From: Nostoc sp.
Lineage (GTDB): Bacteria > Cyanobacteriota > Cyanobacteriia > Cyanobacteriales > Nostocaceae
Assembly: GCA_036918135.1 (NCBI GenBank)
Contig: JBALDB010000056.1
Coordinates: 288,001-352,000 of the forward strand
Direction of reading: 5' to 3'
Length of the DNA stretch: 64,000 nt
Under the pieces are notes generated by a model. That model was given only the letters and a program-made list of their open reading frames with translations. It made no database searches and was not told where the DNA came from. The position numbers and the translations under genes were made by a program. Shown piece after piece: positions 52,945 through 63,224 of this stretch (within the stretch, counting starts at the first letter, position 1; every line of letters begins with the position of its first letter).

Positions 52945-53003
52945 TGACATAAGTTTGTTAAGCCGACATTTAATTAATTAACCGACATATTCTGTGTCAA
53001 ATG
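52945..53003 (-). repeat. Degenerate transposon end of the relic CAST
   Basis: TGACA/CGACA motifs at 52945, 52964 and 52983 (19-bp spacing), the first two followed by TTAA; no intact TGTACA terminus. Confidence 0.55.
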
Positions 53004-53101
53004 TTTGCGTTGTATGTCAAAAAAACTTGCGATCGCACATTCAAGATACCCAACTCTTACCCATCGTTGAAATGGTGGAAATGTAATCTTTCCACCAACA
53101 A

Positions 53102-53881
53102 TCAAACTGGACGACAACCAGACAATATTTCGTGCATCTTTACTACTTGTCCAATGACTGCGATTGCTGGCGCACCAAATCCAGTTTTCTCCACTTGCTC
53201 TACAATTGTCTCCAATGTCCCAATCAATTCTTCTTGTTCTGGGCGCGTACCCCAGCGCACCAAAGCAATGGGTGTTTGTAAACTCAACCCAGCCGTACTT
53301 AATTGTTCCACAATGTAAGGCAAATTGTGAATTCCCATATAAATCACAATGGTTTCGGAACCGTGAGCGATCGCACTCCAATTAACTAAAGGTTTATACT
53401 TTCCTGCTGCTTCGTGTCCAGTTACAAATGTGACTGAAGAACTATACAATCGATGCGTCAATGGTATACCTGCATAAGCAGCGGCGGCAATTCCCGAAGT
53501 GATACCAGGTACAACTTCCACTGGAATTCCTGCATTGACTAATTCTGCCATTTCCTCGCCCCCACGACCAAAAATAAACGGATCGCCTCCTTTTAGCCGC
53601 ACTACTATGGCATTATCCTGGGCTTTATCAATCAGCAGTTGAGTTGTTTCTTCTTGGAAGAGCGAATGTTTTCCCCTGCGCTTACCAGCGTTAATTTGTT
53701 CTGCTTGGGGATTAATCATTGCCAGAATTGCTGGACTCACTAAAGCATCATAAATAACTACATCTGCACATTCCAATAAACCTTTCGCCTTCAAGGTTAT
53801 TAGTCCTGGATCTCCCGGCCCCGCACCTACTAAATAAACCTTTGCCAAATATTTCTTCGTGTGTGTGACTGTGCGGTTCAT
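53102..53881 (-). CDS. cobA: Uroporphyrinogen-III C-methyltransferase
   Basis: VGAGPGDPGLIT, RLKGGDPFIFGRGGEE, VPGITS. Confidence 0.93.
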   Translation of the reverse strand: MNRTVTHTKKYLAKVYLVGAGPGDPGLITLKAKGLLECADVVIYDALVSPAILAMINPQAEQINAGKRRGKHSLFQEETTQLLIDKAQDNAIVVRLKGGDPFIFGRGGEEMAELVNAGIPVEVVPGITSGIAAAAYAGIPLTHRLYSSSVTFVTGHEAAGKYKPLVNWSAIAHGSETIVIYMGIHNLPYIVEQLSTAGLSLQTPIALVRWGTRPEQEELIGTLETIVEQVEKTGFGAPAIAVIGQVVKMHEILSGCRPV

Positions 53882-54627
53882 TTGTCTGTTAAATCCCAAA
53901 TTAAATCAGCTAATTCTGCACTTGCTCCTAAAGGTTCTGCCAAATGGAAAGTCACTGCCGAAAATTGTAATTTTAGCTTTTCTACTGAAGCAGCGATCGC
54001 ATCAGTTATTCCACCAGCGAATAAAAAATATGGTAAAATTGCAATTTCCTTATACCCAGCAGTTACCAACTCTTTCACCCGTAATTCTAAGCTACCAGCT
54101 ACAGACCAATAAGCAACCACTGCTCTTAAACTCTGAGCCATTGCTTCTATTGGTTTTTGAGAATCAGGGCGACGGCTACCATGAGCTAACAAAATCCATG
54201 CTTGTGCTTGTATATTAGTGATTTGCTTTGCCAACAGTTTCTCTAAATCTGGGTGAGAACCTAAGTATGGTTGCAATTCAATTATGATATCTTGACCAGT
54301 AGCCTGTTGTGCTAGGGCTACTTGGGTGGGAATATCTTTCATTACATGCACTCCCGGCAGCAGAAATAGCGGTAGAATCTTGAGGCGATTCCCATTTTGA
54401 GACATGTGGATGCCAAAAGCAGTTTGGGCAAATTGTTTAATCTGCTCGTGTAAAGGCTGTTGACTCATTTCTAAAGCAGCTATCCCTACCAAATGTTCGC
54501 TATTTGCTTGGTTGTAATTTTTGTACAATTTATTGCATACTAGCCTTGCCAGTTGCTGCATAGCAATTTCTGGCCGCGGGTCGCGACTTCCATGAGATAC
54601 CAATAGATATGCAGATGACATGGGCAA
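53878..54627 (-). CDS. cbiX: Sirohydrochlorin chelatase (CbiX-like)
   Basis: Two HGSR motifs, PLFLLPGVHV and PYFLFAGG. Confidence 0.85.
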   Translation of the reverse strand: MPMSSAYLLVSHGSRDPRPEIAMQQLARLVCNKLYKNYNQANSEHLVGIAALEMSQQPLHEQIKQFAQTAFGIHMSQNGNRLKILPLFLLPGVHVMKDIPTQVALAQQATGQDIIIELQPYLGSHPDLEKLLAKQITNIQAQAWILLAHGSRRPDSQKPIEAMAQSLRAVVAYWSVAGSLELRVKELVTAGYKEIAILPYFLFAGGITDAIAASVEKLKLQFSAVTFHLAEPLGASAELADLIWDLTDK

Positions 54628-54750
54628 GCTTTAACTTTCAGTGACTAGTTTTCATATTTTACATAATATTAAGCTGGTGTCATGGGTAGACTGGCGATCG
54701 CAAAAACTATTATTAGTTCTTAAATAAAAGTATTCTAGTCACTGGTTGTC

Positions 54751-55134
54751 TTATTGCTGTTCGGCAGTGTAAGTATAAAATTGATCGAAAGCCCCCACCG
54801 TTTCAAATTTGTAAGAAGGTACCCAAGAATTTATTTTTAGATCGGTACGGTAAACACTAAAAATAATATAATTTTGCCTTTGTGTAGTTTTGTTAATAAT
54901 TTCCTGCATTTGCGGGTTAGCTCGATCGACCAACTTCTCACAATTAAAATGGATTAAGTTTTCTATGAAATTTGTGGTTTTTTTGCATACATCGGTTTTT
55001 AAGTAACTTGCCAACCGTTGCACTGCATATTCTTCATACGCAACCTGACTGGGATTAGTCTTCGCCATTGTCACACCTAATGCCGCGAGTCCTGCTGCTG
55101 CTCCAGTATATGCGATGATGGTTAACTGTTTCAT
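54751..55134 (-). CDS. Conserved cyanobacterial protein (DUF4359-like)
   Basis: N-terminal TM, TNPS..YEEYA, RQNYIIFSVY, TVGAF. Confidence 0.7.
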   Translation of the reverse strand: MKQLTIIAYTGAAAGLAALGVTMAKTNPSQVAYEEYAVQRLASYLKTDVCKKTTNFIENLIHFNCEKLVDRANPQMQEIINKTTQRQNYIIFSVYRTDLKINSWVPSYKFETVGAFDQFYTYTAEQQ

Positions 55135-55257
55135 GTTTGCCAGATGAAATTCATTGTAATGCTTAGACTCCAGAGACTTTAAATCAAGTAAGTCCGTTCC
55201 TCGAACAAAAACTCTTGCTCGCTTTCCAAAAAATTGCTATAATTCAAATTGTTGAAT

Positions 55258-55331
55258 GGCGAGCGTAGCCAAGTGGTTAAGGCAGTGGTTTGTGGTACCA
55301 CCATTCGTGGGTTCGAGTCCCATCGTTCGCC
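55258..55331 (+). tRNA. trnH: tRNA-His(GTG)
   Basis: G-1, GCGAGCG/CGTTCGC stem, GTGGT-TTGTGGT-ACCAC anticodon arm, C discriminator. Confidence 0.96.
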
Positions 55332-55946
55332 CTGACAATCTTTACGGACTTAAAACGGCCTAAACCGAGATATTTATTAATGTAGCTTATAAGTAATTAT
55401 ATGTATATGAGCAAATTTACTTGCTTAAGTGTAATTAGTTATTATAAGCTGATCTCCATCAAATTTGTATATTCTTTGGTTGACAGTGTTAGGGAACTTT
55501 AAAAAATAAATTACCCTATTTGAAGTTGATAACTGATGACTGTTGATTGTGACAGTGGGATATTTTTTTATTTCTTAGTATAGCAGGAGGCAGAAGGCAG
55601 TTCTTGCTGGAGGCAGGAGGTAAAACATTACTATTCCTGACATGTAGACTTTCAAGATGTCCTAACCTTTAATTCGCTTGCTATACTTTATATAAGATTC
55701 CCGACTCCTGATAACAATGAAGAATTTTAAATTCAATAATTGCGTTTTTTAAAGTATATTTAAGTATTAGAAAATACTTAAAATAATGATAAAAGTAAGC
55801 CCACATAAGGCAAGTAAAAAAATATGCATAATGTTGCCTACATTATGATCAGAAGATACTAATTAATGTGTATTATCAGCCATATAAATCGACCCGATTT
55901 CAAAAACTTGATGCAAAAATTATAAGTAGGCTAAATCAAGATTAGT

Positions 55947-56320
55947 CTATAGGACTCATATTTGATTTTTGAAATATACGTAGGCTGCATTAGCCAAAGG
56001 TTTAAGCAAAAAATAACTTTTCTTTCAACAGCTTAGAGAATATAGTCATAGCAATCATGTAATTCAAAACTCAGAGATAACTGATTACCAATTACCAATT
56101 TATTCAAAGAATAAACTCCGCTCATTGTATAATTTATTTTAAAACATCTATCAAAAGAAAGAAAAGTTGTACTTCTTAAGTGAGAGTCAAAAATACTGAG
56201 TCATATAAAACTCATATTTAATTGCGTGAAAAAACTCAGTACACCTCAAAGAGCCTTCTTTTCTCTTCCCTGTTAAGAGCCTACGCAAGTAATTTCAAAA
56301 ATCAAACTGGATTCCTATAG
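55947..56320. mobile_element. MITE-like element (~374 bp)
   Basis: 29-bp terminal inverted repeats CTATAGGACTCATATTTGATTTTTGAAAT and its complement at 56292-56320 (4 mismatches); no ORF. Confidence 0.65.
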
Positions 56321-56504
56321 ATACTTTAGGTAAAGTAGAACATAACTTCAGTGCTGCTGAAAAGTAGATACTTGTGTATACACAGATAAATATGGTTTAT
56401 CTGTATTGTTTTGTGTTTCTATATGGTGAAATAAAAGGTAGAGGCAGACTTGTTTGTCCGCCTTGAAAGTTAACAATGCAAACATCGTTATCAGTGGAGT
56501 TACC

Positions 56505-58925
56505 ATGTCTGAATTGCTGCAAGCAGTCTTAGATAGTGAAGAAAAAAATGATTTGCGTTCCTTCATTAGTGAATTACGCCAACAAGAAAAGAAATACTTG
56601 CTGCGAAACGACATCCTCAATGTATATACTGAATATTGCTCTAAGTACCAGAAATCTGAAGCATTTTCTACTACCTCTGACTTAGGTAAGCTGATTTATT
56701 ATACTCAGGAAATTATTCAAGAGGACTCAAACTTCTGTTTCATCATCCGTTCTAAAATAGCCAGTCAAGAAGTTTATTGGCTAACATCAGACTTGAGCAT
56801 TGAGCCGATGACGGTGCAGGATTTGCTGGATCTGCGCGATCGCTTGGTAAATAAATTTCATCCTAATGAGGGTCACCTGCTAGAATTGGACTTCGGCCCG
56901 TTTTATGACTACTCCCCAGTCATCCGCGACCCAAAAAATATTGGTAAGGGGGTACAATTTCTCAATCGGTATTTATCGAGCCAACTATTTCAAGACTCGA
57001 AAGAATTGTTGGAAAGCTTATTTAATTTCTTGCGCCTGCATCAATACAATGGTGTCCAACTGCTGATAAATAATCGCATCCAATCGCAGCAGCAACTTTC
57101 CCAGCAAGTTAAAAAAGCGATCGCTTTTATTAGCGAGCGGCCTAATGACGAACCCTACGAACAATTCCGGTTCCAATTGCAAACAATGGGTTTTGAACCG
57201 GGTTGGGGTAACACCGCAGCCCGCGTCCAAGAAACTCTAAATATTCTCGATGAATTGATTGATTCTCCCGATCCCCAAACTTTAGAAGCATTCATTTCTC
57301 GCGTTCCGATGATTTTTAGAATCGTCCTCGTCTCCGCCCACGGATGGTTCGGTCAAGAGGGTGTTTTAGGGCGTCCGGATACTGGCGGTCAGGTGGTTTA
57401 CGTCCTTGACCAGGCAAAAAGTTTAGAAAAACAGCTACAAGAAGATGCTTTGCTAGCTGGTTTAGAAGGGTTAAACGTCCAGCCAAAGGTGATTATTCTC
57501 ACCCGCTTAATTCCTAATAGTGACGGTACCCTTTGTAACCAGCGATTAGAAAAAGTTTATGGTACAGAAAATGCCTGGATTTTGCGAGTACCTTTACGGG
57601 AATTTAATCCTAATATGACTCAAAACTGGATTTCCCGGTTTGAGTTTTGGCCTTATCTTGAAACTTTCGCTATTGACTCTGAAAGAGAACTGCGGGCAGA
57701 ATTTCATGGGAGACCTGATTTAATAGTTGGTAACTATTCTGATGGCAACTTAGTGGCATTTTTGCTGGCGCGACGGCTGAAAGTTACTCAATGCAATGTT
57801 GCCCATGCTTTGGAAAAATCTAAATACTTGTTTAGTAACCTTTACTGGCAAGATTTAGAAGATAAATATCATTTTTCCTTACAATTTACAGCTGACTTAA
57901 TTGCGATGAATGCTGCCAATTTTGTGATTAGCAGCACCTACCAAGAAATTGTCGGAACACCCGATAGCGTGGGACAGTACGAGTCTTATAAATGCTTCAC
58001 CATGCCGGAGTTGTATCATGTAACCAATGGAATTGAATTATTTAGTCCTAAGTTTAATGTCGTACCGCCTGGAGTGAACGAGAATTACTATTTTCCTTAC
58101 ACTCAGACTCAAGACCGAGTAGAAAGCGATCGCCAGCGGCTTGCAGAAATGCTCTTTACCTTAGAAGACCCCAGCCAAATTTTTGGCAAACTCGACGATC
58201 CTAGCAAGCGTCCTTTGTTTTCTATGGCGCGTCTTGACCGGATCAAAAACCTCACAGGTTTAGCCGAATGCTTTGGTCAAAGTAAAGAATTACAAGAGCA
58301 TTGCAACTTAATTCTGGTGGCGGGTAAGTTGCGTGTAGAAGAATCTGACGACAACGAAGAACGTGATGAAATTGTCAAACTTTACCAAATAATTAATGAG
58401 TACAATCTCCACGGAAAGATTCGCTGGTTGGGTGTACGCCTGTCTAAAACTGATTCTGGTGAAATTTACCGAGTGATTGCCGATCGCCAAGGAATTTTTG
58501 TACAACCAGCTTTATTTGAAGCTTTTGGTTTAACAATTTTAGAGTCGATGATTTCAGGATTACCAACTTTTGCTACACAGTTTGGCGGGCCACTGGAAAT
58601 TATTCAAAATAAGGTTAATGGCTTTTACATTAATCCAACAAATTTAGAAAATACAGCCAAAACAATTGTGGATTTTGTCACTAAATGCGACCAAAATACT
58701 CAATACTGGAATGAAATTTCCGAGCGAGCGATTGAGCGAGTTTATAGTACGTATACTTGGAAAATTCATACTACTAAGCTGTTATCGTTAGCACGCATTT
58801 ACGGCTTCTGGAACTTTACTTCAAAGGAAAATCGAGAAGATTTGTTGCGCTATATAGAGGCTTTATTCTATTTAATTTATAAGCCTAGAGCGCAACAGCT
58901 ATTAGAGCAGCATAAGTATCGTTAA
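56505..58925 (+). CDS. susA: Sucrose synthase (806 aa)
   Basis: MSELLQAVLDSEEK start, PDTGGQVVY, AHALEK, MARLDRIKN, EAFGLT; paralog assignment less certain than the family. Confidence 0.88.
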   Translation: MSELLQAVLDSEEKNDLRSFISELRQQEKKYLLRNDILNVYTEYCSKYQKSEAFSTTSDLGKLIYYTQEIIQEDSNFCFIIRSKIASQEVYWLTSDLSIEPMTVQDLLDLRDRLVNKFHPNEGHLLELDFGPFYDYSPVIRDPKNIGKGVQFLNRYLSSQLFQDSKELLESLFNFLRLHQYNGVQLLINNRIQSQQQLSQQVKKAIAFISERPNDEPYEQFRFQLQTMGFEPGWGNTAARVQETLNILDELIDSPDPQTLEAFISRVPMIFRIVLVSAHGWFGQEGVLGRPDTGGQVVYVLDQAKSLEKQLQEDALLAGLEGLNVQPKVIILTRLIPNSDGTLCNQRLEKVYGTENAWILRVPLREFNPNMTQNWISRFEFWPYLETFAIDSERELRAEFHGRPDLIVGNYSDGNLVAFLLARRLKVTQCNVAHALEKSKYLFSNLYWQDLEDKYHFSLQFTADLIAMNAANFVISSTYQEIVGTPDSVGQYESYKCFTMPELYHVTNGIELFSPKFNVVPPGVNENYYFPYTQTQDRVESDRQRLAEMLFTLEDPSQIFGKLDDPSKRPLFSMARLDRIKNLTGLAECFGQSKELQEHCNLILVAGKLRVEESDDNEERDEIVKLYQIINEYNLHGKIRWLGVRLSKTDSGEIYRVIADRQGIFVQPALFEAFGLTILESMISGLPTFATQFGGPLEIIQNKVNGFYINPTNLENTAKTIVDFVTKCDQNTQYWNEISERAIERVYSTYTWKIHTTKLLSLARIYGFWNFTSKENREDLLRYIEALFYLIYKPRAQQLLEQHKYR

Positions 58926-58934
58926 TTAGTCCTG

Positions 58935-59066
58935 AGTCATTTGTCACTTGTCATTTGTCATTTTTTATTAGCTAAGGACATTTAGTTATAGCGGTTCTCT
59001 TTTGTATAGGTCATTTGTCACTTGCTATTTGTTACAAGCTAAGGACAAATGACCAACGACAAATGA
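58935..59066. repeat. STRR heptamer (TCATTTG/CAAATGA) repeats between convergent genes
   Basis: Multiple gtcattt/gtcactt copies and inverted caaatgac copies. Confidence 0.75.
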
Positions 59067-59621
59067 CTAAATTGTTAACGCTCGCCAAGTTCGTTGACCA
59101 ACAATTCCATCCACGGCTAAATTCCGTTGGTTTTGAAATGCTTTAACAGCAGTTTCCGTTAACGCTCCAAAAATTCCATCTATTCTAACGGTATAACCAT
59201 TAGATACTAATAACCGTTGTAAAGCTCTGACAGCAACACCAGAGCTACCGAAATAGAGAGTTGGTAGAGGTTGGGTACTATATTTCTCAAATTTTCCTTC
59301 AGACTTTGTAAGGTTTTTCCCTACTGACTGAGAATACTTCTTAGGCTGTTCTAAATCAGTAGAAGCTAGAAACTGATTATTTTTACTGATTTTTTGGAGT
59401 ATATGTTTTTTCTCTAGGGCAATCCCTCGCAAAGAAGCGTGCGAAGTCCCATCTGTCTGCATGAATTCAGGTGGTGTGACTTGAGCAGTTATCTCTAAGT
59501 GGGTCTGTGTTGACTGGTTTAGGTCATTTTCCATCTGAAATAATTGCTGTTCTGGCAAATAAGGCCCAGATGCTTGTCTTGTTGTTAACACGCCCGTCAT
59601 CATCAGGCCAATTTCAGTCAT
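59067..59621 (-). CDS. Peptidoglycan-binding domain protein
   Basis: C-terminal LPTLYFGSSG...DGIFGALTETAVKAFQ...DGIVGQRTW. Confidence 0.85.
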   Translation of the reverse strand: MTEIGLMMTGVLTTRQASGPYLPEQQLFQMENDLNQSTQTHLEITAQVTPPEFMQTDGTSHASLRGIALEKKHILQKISKNNQFLASTDLEQPKKYSQSVGKNLTKSEGKFEKYSTQPLPTLYFGSSGVAVRALQRLLVSNGYTVRIDGIFGALTETAVKAFQNQRNLAVDGIVGQRTWRALTI

Positions 59622-60297
59622 TGTCGTTCGTTTTACTTAAGCCAATATTTCTTTTAACAACCAACAGCAATGCTATCCGGGATAGTGCATACTGTTCAAA
59701 AAAATTCTGTAGTAATTTTTTCAAATAGTTGATAATTTGCTTACCTCCGATTCCGTCTTATCAGACTAATATTATTAGTCTTTGTGCTTTTTTTTTCTTT
59801 GAACGAGCTATCAACTTGTCAGATATTTTTTCTAAATCAATGGTTTAGACAATAATATACTACACGATCGCAGGGAAATGCTATCAAATAAATTTGTCTG
59901 GTTATCTTTGACTAATACTTGGTATGCTGATACTGCTTTTATCATGTTTGTACTAGGAGCCAAAATCCTACTGAATTTAAGGAGTCAATTTTTTCAGTCT
60001 CTATTAGTGTAGTATTTGGCAACAATGATAAACTCTTGATTCTAAACAATTTGTCTCCCCTTAGAGGGGGTTATAAACTTTTTATTGTTCGATATTATCT
60101 TGATGATTACACGCTAGGTTCTCAGAGTATTATTTGGTTTTACCAATTTCACTCGTTAGTACAGCTTTGCGTAAATTCGTGGCCAATTAAAGGTTGAAAT
60201 TTTAACGCCAAACTATGTAGAGTCTTTCCAAAGAGAATTCGCTCATCTTTAACGAAACTTATACATAGGAAGCTTAGTTGTGGCTACATAAAAGTTT

Positions 60298-61014
60298 TTA
60301 CCTTTTATCATCTCGCCACAAAGCAATACCGCCTAATAAACCAGTGATATTGGGGATAAGTTTCACATTTAACGGTAATTGAAGATTTACTCTTACAGCT
60401 TCACCACCGCCAATATATAGATAATCATAATTGAACAGATGTTGCAAGGATGCGATCGCCTTTTGTAAACGCTTGTTCCATCTTTTGTCACCAATTTTTT
60501 CTAACTGTGCGCGTCCTAGTTGTTGCTCAAAAGTCTCTCCTTTGCGAAATGGATGATGTCCCATTTCCATATTCGGTACTAGCTTCCCATCCACAAATAA
60601 AGCCGAACCAAACCCCGTACCCAGAGTAATCACTACTTCTACACCTTTACCTGCGATCGCCCCCAGCCCTTGCATATCTGCATCATTAATCACCCGTACA
60701 GGTTTCTTTAAGTGTTTTAATAATGCTGTTTCCAAATCAAATCCAATCCAATCTGGATGCAAATTTACTGCTGTTTCCGTGACTCCACGCCGCACTACAC
60801 CAGGAAAACCTACTGAAACGCGATCGAATTCACCTTGAGCAACTGCTAAGACAACAATTGTATTAATTACAACTTCTGGGGTAGCAGGTTGGGGTGTATC
60901 TAAACGCGTTCTTTTGGCGATCGGATTTCCTGTAATATCCAAAACCATTGTCTTAACGCCACTTCCGCCAATATCAATTGATAATGTCCGAATCGAACCA
61001 TTTTCTGAAATCAT
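60298..61014 (-). CDS. ppgK: ROK-family polyphosphate glucokinase-like protein
   Basis: IDIGGSGVK, GFPGVV, NDAD, TLGTGFGS, PNMEMGH. Confidence 0.8.
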   Translation of the reverse strand: MISENGSIRTLSIDIGGSGVKTMVLDITGNPIAKRTRLDTPQPATPEVVINTIVVLAVAQGEFDRVSVGFPGVVRRGVTETAVNLHPDWIGFDLETALLKHLKKPVRVINDADMQGLGAIAGKGVEVVITLGTGFGSALFVDGKLVPNMEMGHHPFRKGETFEQQLGRAQLEKIGDKRWNKRLQKAIASLQHLFNYDYLYIGGGEAVRVNLQLPLNVKLIPNITGLLGGIALWRDDKR

Positions 61015-61271
61015 TGAGTTAAATCCTTGCTACTGCTTGTTATTTCGTTATTATGCTTTGCTAAATCTGGTAATATGCGGATATTTTGAGAGTCTTCATA
61101 TTAGTGGGCATTACGCTTTTCGAGAACAAAAAGTTTAAAGTTAACAATAGCTGAGATGCGCCACAGCATCTAAATTTGTTAATCTAAGAATAATGGAAAT
61201 AGTACTGGCATAGTTGCTTAAAATCTATCCGACAGTAAATTTCTCTTAAAAGTATTATCACAAAAAGAATT

Positions 61272-61775
61272 ATGACGGCCTTTGAACCTCAAAGCATCCG
61301 CTCTTATAGTCAAGAAGATGTACAACAAATTTTACACTTAGCGATCGCTCGTCAAGCTGATGACAAAGACAGAGAATTTTCTTATGAGCAGCTATTAGAA
61401 ATTGCTGCTGAGTTAGAAATTTTACCTGAGTCTTTAAAATTAGCAGAACGCGATTGGCTAGTGCAACAAGGTCAAATTCAACAACGAAAAGCTTTTGACG
61501 CTTACCGCAAAAGAAGGTTTCAAAAACGTCTAGGCAATTATGCAATTTTTAACGGCTTTTTGATACTCGTAGATTTAATCACTGGTGGCGGAATTTCTTG
61601 GTCGCTGTATATTTTAGTATTTTGCGGATTGCCAGTCGGGCTTGATATCTGGAATACCTTTCAAATTAAAGGCGAAGAGTATGAAATGGCATTCCAAAGG
61701 TGGAACCGTAGGCATCAGATTAAGAAAAGTATCAGTACAGTTTTAAATAAGTGGTTTAAAGTGTTGCAAGCTTAG
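61272..61775 (+). CDS. 2TM-domain cyanobacterial membrane protein
   Basis: YSQEDVQQILHLAIARQ N-terminus and two TM segments. Confidence 0.75.
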   Translation: MTAFEPQSIRSYSQEDVQQILHLAIARQADDKDREFSYEQLLEIAAELEILPESLKLAERDWLVQQGQIQQRKAFDAYRKRRFQKRLGNYAIFNGFLILVDLITGGGISWSLYILVFCGLPVGLDIWNTFQIKGEEYEMAFQRWNRRHQIKKSISTVLNKWFKVLQA

Positions 61776-62252
61776 CAAATTTGGTGCGATCGCTCATTGA
61801 AATAAAAACCCCGCAGGAGAATATCGGGGTAAAACTTGCTGCAAGGCAATATTTGTTGTCTAACACCATCTACTTAAATCTTATATAAACACAGCAATTA
61901 TTAGGATTAGACTCAATATTATCCGCTGGGTTGAAGTATTTTTTCTATCTTTCTAAATATATGTACGTCTATCAATAGACTGAAAATTATCTCATTTTAT
62001 AGGCAAAAATCTGGGTAACAAATCAATCGTCTGTAGGGGCATACAGCGGTACGCCCCTAGCGATATATCTATAGCATAATGTTTTTAAATTATCAAAGAT
62101 TTAGATAAGCCAGATTATACCTGGTATGAAAACCGAGATTTATTCTGAGAACAAATACTAATAGACCCACACGATCGCAACCAATAGACATGAAACAGCA
62201 TTGGACGAATATAATAATACTGACTTGGAAATAGATTTCCATCGAAATAACT

Positions 62253-62597
62253 ATGAAAGCTGAAGCAGAAAACCATACCAGGCTAACTTGTGAAGTAGAA
62301 ACTACATTAAAGGTGATTGGCGGACGCTGGAAGGTTTTAATTATTAGAGAATTAATGGCTGGCGTTAAACGCTTTGGCGAGTTGCAGCGGGCTTTACCTG
62401 GAATAACTCAAAAGATGTTGACTCAGCAACTCAAAGAAATGGAGGAAGACGGTATTATTCATCGAGAAGTTTATCCCCAAATTCCACCCAAAGTAGAATA
62501 TTCACTGACGCCTTTGGGAGAAACTTTGCAACCAATTCTCTATGCTATGCATGAATGGGCTGTTCAATATTTTACTCAAGTCAATCACCATCAATAA
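62253..62597 (+). CDS. HxlR-family winged-HTH regulator
   Basis: [35 protein letters not shown]. Confidence 0.92.
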   Translation: MKAEAENHTRLTCEVETTLKVIGGRWKVLIIRELMAGVKRFGELQRALPGITQKMLTQQLKEMEEDGIIHREVYPQIPPKVEYSLTPLGETLQPILYAMHEWAVQYFTQVNHHQ

Positions 62598-62815
62598 TGC
62601 AACTGTTTGGGATTGAAGTTACACTCTCATTTTGAAGTGTTTAAAATTCTTGGCATCAGCACCGAAGATACATTTCTTTATTATCCAACACCGTTAATCT
62701 TTATTGTTTCACTCTAAAGAACTTGAAGATTTTAAAACCCCACTAAGAAAGTAGGGTTTAGTGTCAGATATTTACAACAGCGAATTAGCGTTCGCCCAGG
62801 CGAGATCCGCCAAAG

Positions 62816-63221
62816 CATTATGCAGCAGAGGTTAAAGAATACAGGAGAAAAAACTATCGTTCAGGAATGCTAGTAGTGTTGATAGATGCAGATACTGCGA
62901 CAATAAAGGCAACACTGAAAGAACTAGATGGATGCACTGATATAAAATTCACAAGAACTTCGTAAGCCTGATGAAAAAATAGCAATCTTAGTGCCAAAAA
63001 GAAATATCGAAACTTGAATACATTATTTATGAACAGGAGAAGTTGTTGAAGAAGCAGAAAAAGCAAAATATCCAAAATTCCCTAAAAATGAGGCAATTTG
63101 TAAACCTGGTGTTGAACAATTAGCAAACCAGTGTTCTCAAGGAAGTTTAGATGAAAATGCACTGCCATCTCTTCAGGCGACTTGTGAAGAATTACAAAGA
63201 ATTTTGCTGTTGTTGGAGTAA
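62816..63221 (+). pseudogene. Degraded gene fragment (TOPRIM-like DxD protein)
   Basis: Reads MLVVLIDAD...KIAILVPKRNIET*IHYL*...LPSLQATCEELQRIL with stops and a frameshift. Confidence 0.5.
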
Positions 63222-63224
63222 AGT

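Noticed and set aside
52974..54218. Alternative-frame or antisense ORFs over cobA and cbiX
   Set aside because: They shadow well-supported genes and have no recognisable motifs.
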